A stretch of DNA of 20,000 nt from an uncultured virus (IMG/VR IMGVR_UViG_3300023179_000075) (taxonomy: Duplodnaviria; Heunggongvirae; Uroviricota; Caudoviricetes): the IMG/VR virus record IMGVR_UViG_3300023179_000075; one strand, written 5' to 3'. This document shows, piece after piece, positions 14,199-20,000 of the stretch. Each line of letters opens with the position of its first letter. Position 1 is the first letter of the stretch. The notes beneath the pieces were generated by a model that ran no database searches, had not been told where the DNA came from, and saw nothing but the letters and a program-made list of their open reading frames with translations. A program made the translations under genes and the position numbers.

Positions 14199-14738
14199 TT
14201 AAATTACTTCGTCTACTAGCCCATATTTATTAGCTACTTTTACATCGAAATACCATTCACCACGTTTATTTTTAATATCTGTTAATTGTTTTTGAGTGAA
14301 TTTGGTTTTAGATAATAAGTAATTATCACATACCATATCAATACGATCAGTTTCTTTTAATTCTTGTTTGTGGTGTAATACTTTTCCTTCAGCAGTATAT
14401 GACGCTTCATGATACATGAATGTAGCATTTTTACTTGCTAATCTGTGGTGACCAGCTGCGTATATTGGTAACGCCATAGACATGCATGAACCATGACATA
14501 TTGTATAAACGGGAGTCTGCGAACTATCAATGACATCAATTAAAGCTAGGCCACTGTACACTTCGCCTCCAAGTGAGTTGATTATGAGCTTAATTGGCTC
14601 GGCATGCGTTTTTTTCGCGTCTTCATCGTTAATTTCATATATTAATTGTATGATATTATTGATAAGTTCTGGCTCAATTTCTCCTAATGTTACAATTCTG
14701 CTTAGCTTTGATGTGTTGCGTTTTGAAGAAGTAGCCAT
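14199..14738 (-). CDS. clpP: ClpP-family serine protease subunit
   Basis: INSLGGEVYSG, CMSMA (catalytic Ser), FMYHE (catalytic His) and YGLVDEVI. Confidence 0.9.
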   Translation of the reverse strand: MATSSKRNTSKLSRIVTLGEIEPELINNIIQLIYEINDEDAKKTHAEPIKLIINSLGGEVYSGLALIDVIDSSQTPVYTICHGSCMSMALPIYAAGHHRLASKNATFMYHEASYTAEGKVLHHKQELKETDRIDMVCDNYLLSKTKFTQKQLTDIKNKRGEWYFDVKVANKYGLVDEVI

Positions 14739-14756
14739 AGTATGTATTTTCTTCTA

Positions 14757-14788
14757 TAAATATAAGACTGTATTTAAAATACTTCAAA
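14757..14788 (-). promoter_or_regulatory. Bacteroidota sigma-70-like promoter variant upstream of clpP
   Basis: TTTG-N20-TATATTTA, with spacing identical to 4575..4606. Confidence 0.55.
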
Positions 14789-16450
14789 TTCGATTTCTAC
14801 ATTAGAATATCCCCAAGTGTCTTCATTTCTAGAAAACATAATATGTCCATGTTCTTCATATTTATTAAAATGTTCTACCCATTGCCACGCATCGTTATAA
14901 TGTTGTTTTGATGGGGATGATCCATCATTCCCCATACCTTTATGGCTCATATGATATAAAGGAATATCATAAACTGGAACTAAGTTAAAACCATATAATA
15001 CTGATTTTTTCTGTACATTGGTATCTACAAAACAAGCATATAGCATTGGTTCTTCATACCCACGTAATTTGTACCATACGTTTTTAGGAGCTAATTGGAA
15101 ATCACCACAGCAATTAAAAATACTATATTCATCATTAGGAGTTACTTTAGTTGGGAAATAACGGGGTTCTGTAGTTTCATCGAGATGTTTTCTGTATTCA
15201 TCTAAATTATCTAAATTAGCAATTACATCATCATATTCAATATCTCTTCTACTAAATGTATAAAGTGAATTTTTATTAGCTTGGGCAATAAATTGTTGAA
15301 GCGTTTCTCGGGTTGGTGGAATGATATCTGTAGTTGCTAATACAATCCATTCTGCATCTGTTCTTCTTAGTCCCAAATTAAATGATAAAACACTATTACA
15401 TATTTGTGCTTTTTCATCATTGTTAGACATCATATTAGCATATTCAGGTGGAATAGCGAAGTGTTTTAATCTACCTGTTTTAGGTATCATATCTAATACT
15501 TCATATAAGAAACTATGGGATGATGAATTCCAATCTATATAAATTACTTCATCAAATGTTTCTAACATTGTAGTTAAATGAATAGCAAAGCGTTCTTTTT
15601 CCTTATATCCATCGTTTCTACCAAATACAACCACAGCAGTTTTACCCGGTATTGTAGTTGGTAAATTATATTTTAGTACTTCGTCTTTATGAAAACAAAA
15701 GAAATTACCATTATCTATTATTTTTTTAGTATAATATTTAAATTCTTCTTTAGTTAAAGGACCAGTACAATCTGTTTTATTATCTAGTGGAGATACATCA
15801 TATATTTCATAATCAAATGATTTTAAAGTATTATAATAATCTTCCATTTCTTCCTCTGTCAAATTAACAAATGCTTCAACCATTAATACTGGTCTATTTT
15901 TCTTAATAAGAGGTGATAGTGTCTTTAATACTTCTTTATCAAATCCTTCTGTGTCAGTCTTAATAAATTTTATTTTATCAAGTTCGTTGCTATGGTTTTC
16001 ATTTAAAAACTCTAATATATTAACTCCATTAACTTCAATTTGATAACCATGAAATTGTTTAATTTGATCTCCTAATTTTAAAGAATCAAAAAAACCACCA
16101 TTCATTCCAGTTCCAAAACTTGGATCAGAATAATTAAAGGTAAATTTACCTTTTTCTTTAGTACAAGCATAATTGTAAGGAATAATATTAAATAAAGGAT
16201 TATCTTTAGCTTTCTGTTGTAAACTTTCAAATGTTTTTGGATTAGGTTCAAAAGCAAGTACTTTACCATTTTTTCCAACACAACTACCAAATAATAAACT
16301 AAATCCACCAACATGGGCTCCAATATCTAAAACAATACATCCCTTAGGAATAACTTCAGAAAATTTATCATGTCTAAATTTAAAAGTATTTATATCTATT
16401 TTATCATTAGATATTACCTCACCAACTGATTCTATTGTGTATGTATTCAT
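14774..16450 (-). CDS. FkbM-family SAM methyltransferase fused to a C-terminal GT-A-like glycosyltransferase domain
   Basis: Likely start M15 at 16450 (ATGA overlap). Methyltransferase motifs VLDIGAHVG, AFEPNP and IKTDTEGFD. C-half motifs GRNDGY, YIDWNS, NLGLRR..AEWIV.TTDII and CCGDFQL...GYEE. Confidence 0.85.
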   Translation of the reverse strand: MNTYTIESVGEVISNDKIDINTFKFRHDKFSEVIPKGCIVLDIGAHVGGFSLLFGSCVGKNGKVLAFEPNPKTFESLQQKAKDNPLFNIIPYNYACTKEKGKFTFNYSDPSFGTGMNGGFFDSLKLGDQIKQFHGYQIEVNGVNILEFLNENHSNELDKIKFIKTDTEGFDKEVLKTLSPLIKKNRPVLMVEAFVNLTEEEMEDYYNTLKSFDYEIYDVSPLDNKTDCTGPLTKEEFKYYTKKIIDNGNFFCFHKDEVLKYNLPTTIPGKTAVVVFGRNDGYKEKERFAIHLTTMLETFDEVIYIDWNSSSHSFLYEVLDMIPKTGRLKHFAIPPEYANMMSNNDEKAQICNSVLSFNLGLRRTDAEWIVLATTDIIPPTRETLQQFIAQANKNSLYTFSRRDIEYDDVIANLDNLDEYRKHLDETTEPRYFPTKVTPNDEYSIFNCCGDFQLAPKNVWYKLRGYEEPMLYACFVDTNVQKKSVLYGFNLVPVYDIPLYHMSHKGMGNDGSSPSKQHYNDAWQWVEHFNKYEEHGHIMFSRNEDTWGYSNVEIEFEVF

Positions 16451-17229
16451 ATTGTTGAAACTCCTGGTTTTTGAACTACTACTGTAGCACATTGTTGAGC
16501 AAATAAAATTGATTTTTCTATATCATTAGTTAAAACATATTCAGCTACTAATCCTGATAGAAATGTATCTCCAGCACCTGATACATCTCTAATTTGTACT
16601 TTTTCAACTGGGTATATTCTACCTTTATGTTGGCAGCCTTTGCTTGATAAAGTAATAATTAATTTATCTTCGATGCCTAATTCATGAATAGTATATTCTG
16701 TATGTTGATATTCTACGTGGTTAATTTTAATAAATGATGCATTTATACACCATTTACCTAATACTTTTTTAGTATCAATAAATACATTTTTATTATTTTC
16801 ACAAATAAATTGAATATCTTCTTCTTCTAAGAAACCTTTATTATAATCACTTATAATAATTGCATCTATATTTTCTCCATTCCATTTGTTATCTAATATT
16901 CGATCTAATATATTATGATCAATTCTATTTACCTTGTCATTTTCATCAACACGCAGTAATATTTGTCCTGATCTGTCATCAACATATCTGGTTTTTAGTA
17001 TTGTTTCTGGGTTTGAAATAAAGTAAGTATCAAATCCTAATGATTTTAAATTTTCTACTACATTACCTGCCATTCCTTTATTTGTTGTTTCAGTAATAGG
17101 ATTAAGTATAGGTACAGGTGCTTCAGGAGCTAAACGTACAGCAGTACCGTAAATAAATTTATCAATACCGTCATCTCCAATAACTAATATTTTATAATTT
17201 TGAAATTCTTTCTTTTTCAAATTGCTCAT
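16447..17229 (-). CDS. PfkB-family kinase, D-glycero-D-manno-heptose-7-phosphate kinase (HldE/RfaE domain I)-like, stand-alone
   Basis: ILVIGD..D..IYG...RLAPEAPVP, GMAGNV, IISDYNKG and DVSGAGDTF. Confidence 0.88.
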   Translation of the reverse strand: MSNLKKKEFQNYKILVIGDDGIDKFIYGTAVRLAPEAPVPILNPITETTNKGMAGNVVENLKSLGFDTYFISNPETILKTRYVDDRSGQILLRVDENDKVNRIDHNILDRILDNKWNGENIDAIIISDYNKGFLEEEDIQFICENNKNVFIDTKKVLGKWCINASFIKINHVEYQHTEYTIHELGIEDKLIITLSSKGCQHKGRIYPVEKVQIRDVSGAGDTFLSGLVAEYVLTNDIEKSILFAQQCATVVVQKPGVSTI

Positions 17230-17779
17230 TAAGTATAACTTTTATTTTTTCAAATCCTATTTTACAATTTTCTCTCCAATCACTATGTTCTCCACTATCA
17301 GAAACCCATTTATATGAACTAAATTTTATTCCAAATCGCTTACATACTTTTGCAATTGAAAAACATTCCATATCGAATATACTACATTTTCCAACCATAT
17401 CCAAATAATATTTAGAATATTTTAATTGTTGGGGTTTATCGTAAAAATAATCTGTGGTGAAGCATGTGATTGGTGATTTAACATCTAATATTATTTGTGA
17501 ACTATTAACTTCAAATGGTGTTATACCATATGGACTTAAAGGTGTAGCATCAATATCTTGATAAGATATTCCTACTTTAACTATATCTCCTACAGGTAGA
17601 TGTAATGAACCACAAGATCCGATATTAATTATTTCATTATATCCTAAATTAAAAGCAGTCATTGCTGCTATAGTAGCATTTATCTTACCTATACCACTGA
17701 ATATAACTGGGGTATTTAGTATATTTCCTTGTGCTTCTACTTCATCAAGAACAGCTACTATAAATATTTTTTTATTCAT
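17192..17779 (-). CDS. MTA/SAH nucleosidase-like (PNP_UDP_1 family)
   Basis: SGIGKINA, INIGSCG, FDMECFSIAKVC and YKWVSD. Confidence 0.85.
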   Translation of the reverse strand: MNKKIFIVAVLDEVEAQGNILNTPVIFSGIGKINATIAAMTAFNLGYNEIINIGSCGSLHLPVGDIVKVGISYQDIDATPLSPYGITPFEVNSSQIILDVKSPITCFTTDYFYDKPQQLKYSKYYLDMVGKCSIFDMECFSIAKVCKRFGIKFSSYKWVSDSGEHSDWRENCKIGFEKIKVILNEQFEKERISKL

Positions 17780-18248
17780 ATGTGATTAAACTTTTAACAT
17801 TAGTAGGCTCATGTAGAAACTTTAAATCAATTAATACTAATTTATCTATAACTGTATAACCAGCTTTAATACATAATTGTTCAACAGCATTCATAGTACC
17901 TCCAGTAGCATAAACATCATCTACTATTACTACAGTCCCTTCACCTGGTTTAATTTCTAAAGTGTCTTCTCCATACTCTAAAGTATAGGTTTCACTTATT
18001 GTTGGTGGGGGTAACTTACCTTTTTTTCGGCACATAATTAATCCCCCATTTTTACTAGCTAGTGCTGAGGCAAATATAAATCCTCTAGCATCAATCCCAA
18101 CCCAATAGTGAGGGTGTTTAATTAGGTTCTTCATCTCCTCAATAGCATAAGGGAATAAAGGAGATTTTAATAACGGAGAAACATCTTTAAATGAAACTCC
18201 GGGTATTGGGAAATCAGGGATTTCTTGTATAAATTCTTTCCACTTCAT
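17772..18248 (-). CDS. apt: Adenine phosphoribosyltransferase
   Basis: IPDFPIPGVSFKDVSPLL, DARGFIF, RKKGKLP, YTLEYG and VIVDDVYATGGT. Confidence 0.93.
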   Translation of the reverse strand: MKWKEFIQEIPDFPIPGVSFKDVSPLLKSPLFPYAIEEMKNLIKHPHYWVGIDARGFIFASALASKNGGLIMCRKKGKLPPPTISETYTLEYGEDTLEIKPGEGTVVIVDDVYATGGTMNAVEQLCIKAGYTVIDKLVLIDLKFLHEPTNVKSLITYE

Positions 18249-18733
18249 TAATGTGAATTTTTATCTCGTTCTGAAAGTATAGGATTATCAATAGGCCAAT
18301 ATATATTAATTTTTGGGTCTTTCCAATTTAAACTAAATTGATCTTTAACATCAGGATATTCTCCATCATAAGACCATTTATAGAAAAATACAGCTGTGTC
18401 ACTTAATACTAAATGACCGTTTCCAAATCCAGGAGGTACTAATACTGATTTTTTATTTATTCCATTTAGTAATAAGCAATACCATTTTAAGTAATTTAAA
18501 GATTCTGGTCTATTATCTACAATAACAAAATATATTTCACCATGTAAACAGGTGATTAATTTAGTTGCTTTAAAATCACCATGAATTCCTCTTAATACGT
18601 TTCGTTTTGAAACAGCTACTTTATCATGATTAAAAACTAACTCATGTTCATCTTGATTAAATACAGTGTATAATTCTCCTCTACTATCTATAAATGAATC
18701 AGGTTGGAATATTTTTACTTCAGGAAATATCAT
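18248..18733 (-). CDS. rmlC: dTDP-4-dehydrorhamnose 3,5-epimerase family
   Basis: FIDSRG, SKRNVLRGIH, VPPGFGNGH, WKDPKINIYWP and LSERD. Confidence 0.88.
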   Translation of the reverse strand: MIFPEVKIFQPDSFIDSRGELYTVFNQDEHELVFNHDKVAVSKRNVLRGIHGDFKATKLITCLHGEIYFVIVDNRPESLNYLKWYCLLLNGINKKSVLVPPGFGNGHLVLSDTAVFFYKWSYDGEYPDVKDQFSLNWKDPKINIYWPIDNPILSERDKNSH

Positions 18734-19038
18734 AATTTAATTTTTCCAATTAATATATCTTTAAGCATAACCCAATCCGCTCTTTTAGCCCACCATGGGT
18801 TTTTAAAGGCAGCTGGTTGATTTTTTTCTAATAATAAATGTCCTGACCAGGCAAATGGATAAACTATAAACGGAACAATACCATATAGTGGGAGAAAAAA
18901 TATTGAAACTTTTATAATAAGATAAGTTATAAAAATAAAAGTAGCAATTGTTGTTAGTTGTCCTAAAACATGTAATCTTCTATTCCATTTATTTTGGTGT
19001 AATGTTAAATAGTATTTGTAATATTCTTTAAATGTCAT
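18730..19038 (-). CDS. DUF962/Mpo1-like membrane protein
   Basis: YLTLHQNKWNRRLHVLG...FAWSGHLLLEKNQPAAFKNP. Confidence 0.85.
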   Translation of the reverse strand: MTFKEYYKYYLTLHQNKWNRRLHVLGQLTTIATFIFITYLIIKVSIFFLPLYGIVPFIVYPFAWSGHLLLEKNQPAAFKNPWWAKRADWVMLKDILIGKIKL

Positions 19039-20000
19039 TATATAATGTTATTTAATACGTTAATCAATGTGTCTATTTTTTCTTGTTCTAATGTTGGATA
19101 ATTACCTATATACCAACTAAAATTATGTACGTGATCTACATTTTTAAAATCATCATAATTAATATTGTAATTCTTTTTAAAATATGGTTGTCTTAGTTGA
19201 TTACCACCACCTGATAATCCTCTTCTAAATTCAATTCCACTTTCTTTTAATATTAACTCTACTCTATTTCTTAATTCAAATGAGCCTTCTTTTAATATAA
19301 CTATGAAAGCATAGTTACATTGACCTTCCATTTCAATATCAGTATGATACTTATTAGAATCTAAACGTTCCATAAAGTATTTGAAATTATTTACTCTATA
19401 ACTATTATTTGAATCTAATTTTTTGATCTGAGATAAACCAATAACAGCATTCAATTCAGTACTTCTAAAGTTATGTGCTGGGTTTAAGAATATAAAGTCA
19501 GGATTTAAATCAGGATTCTCATCAATGATTTGTTGTCTGAAGTTAAGATCAGTCATTTCTCTAGTCATACCGTGTGAGCGTAATGCTCTACATACTTGAT
19601 AGAAATGTTCATCATTAGTACAGATTATTCCACCTTCAATTGTTGACATATGGTGTGCAAAGTAAAAACTAAAATTAGAAGCAAATCCAATTGATCCTGC
19701 TTTTTGTCCTTTAAATGTTGCACCGTGCGATTCACAAACATCTTCAATTAATAATATATTTTTTTCATTACATAATTCAATTAATTCATCCGTTAAGCCA
19801 TTAATACCCAACACATGAGTAAGAAATATTGCTTTAGTGTTTGGTGTAATAACTTGTTTTAATTTTTCAATATCAAATGATAAGTTTTTTAAATTAATAT
19901 CACAGAATACTGGTTTAAATCCACTAAATATAACGGATGATATATCTGAAATCCATGTTAGTGGTGGTACTATAATTTCTCCTTCACCATGGATGTAGTT
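19038..20000 (-). CDS. DegT/DnrJ/EryC1/StrS family PLP/PMP enzyme, ColD-like NDP-4-keto-6-deoxysugar 3-dehydratase (5' end outside the window)
   Basis: Frame is open to 20000 (EIIVPPLTWISD...PVFCD...THVLG). Motifs IEDVCESHGA and SFYFAHHMSTIEGG, with His at the usual Lys position. Confidence 0.88.
   Translation of the reverse strand, partial: NYIHGEGEIIVPPLTWISDISSVIFSGFKPVFCDINLKNLSFDIEKLKQVITPNTKAIFLTHVLGINGLTDELIELCNEKNILLIEDVCESHGATFKGQKAGSIGFASNFSFYFAHHMSTIEGGIICTNDEHFYQVCRALRSHGMTREMTDLNFRQQIIDENPDLNPDFIFLNPAHNFRSTELNAVIGLSQIKKLDSNNSYRVNNFKYFMERLDSNKYHTDIEMEGQCNYAFIVILKEGSFELRNRVELILKESGIEFRRGLSGGGNQLRQPYFKKNYNINYDDFKNVDHVHNFSWYIGNYPTLEQEKIDTLINVLNNII

Noticed and set aside
10249..14764. 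T4-type late promoter TATAAATA on the plus strand
   Set aside because: It is the reverse complement of the coding-strand ATATTTAT motif, and no plus-strand genes lie downstream.
11667..16323. Other short plus-strand or nested ORFs (11667, 11975, 12313, 13016, 14530, 15321, 16102, also 7013 and 8104)
   Set aside because: They are shadow ORFs over well-supported minus-strand genes.
1..20000. CRISPR array, IS element, integrase or reverse-transcriptase system
   Set aside because: No regularly spaced direct repeats and no transposase, integrase or RT motifs were seen.

Overview
AT-rich window with essentially all genes on the minus strand. The gene content (many short hypothetical ORFs, a holin-like gene, an HNH-like gene, tRNAs and tmRNA lacking encoded CCA, DUF4494, no Shine-Dalgarno motifs, TTTG-N20-TATATTTA promoter-like motifs) points to a large bacteriophage of a Bacteroidota host. 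This is an inference, since no capsid or terminase gene is in the window. In transcription order (right to left) there are four blocks. (1) A sugar-nucleotide/surface-glycan cluster: ColD-like dehydratase, DUF962, RmlC, APRT, MTA/SAH nucleosidase, heptose-7-P kinase and an FkbM-glycosyltransferase fusion. (2) ClpP, two UVR-motif paralogues and a GC-richer RNA array at about 10.3-11.8 kb, holding tRNA-Thr, tRNA-Gln, a 156-nt tRNA-like RNA with a 77-nt variable arm, three unidentified structured spacers, and a tmRNA with a 27-aa tag whose 5' end overlaps the upstream stop codon. (3) An eight-gene envelope/secreted-protein operon: CsgG-family protein, cohesin/dockerin-like protein, T9SS-CTD-like lipoprotein and outer-membrane beta-barrel-like protein. 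(4) Two metallophosphoesterases and small phage ORFs. All family calls are from motif recognition by eye, not database searches.
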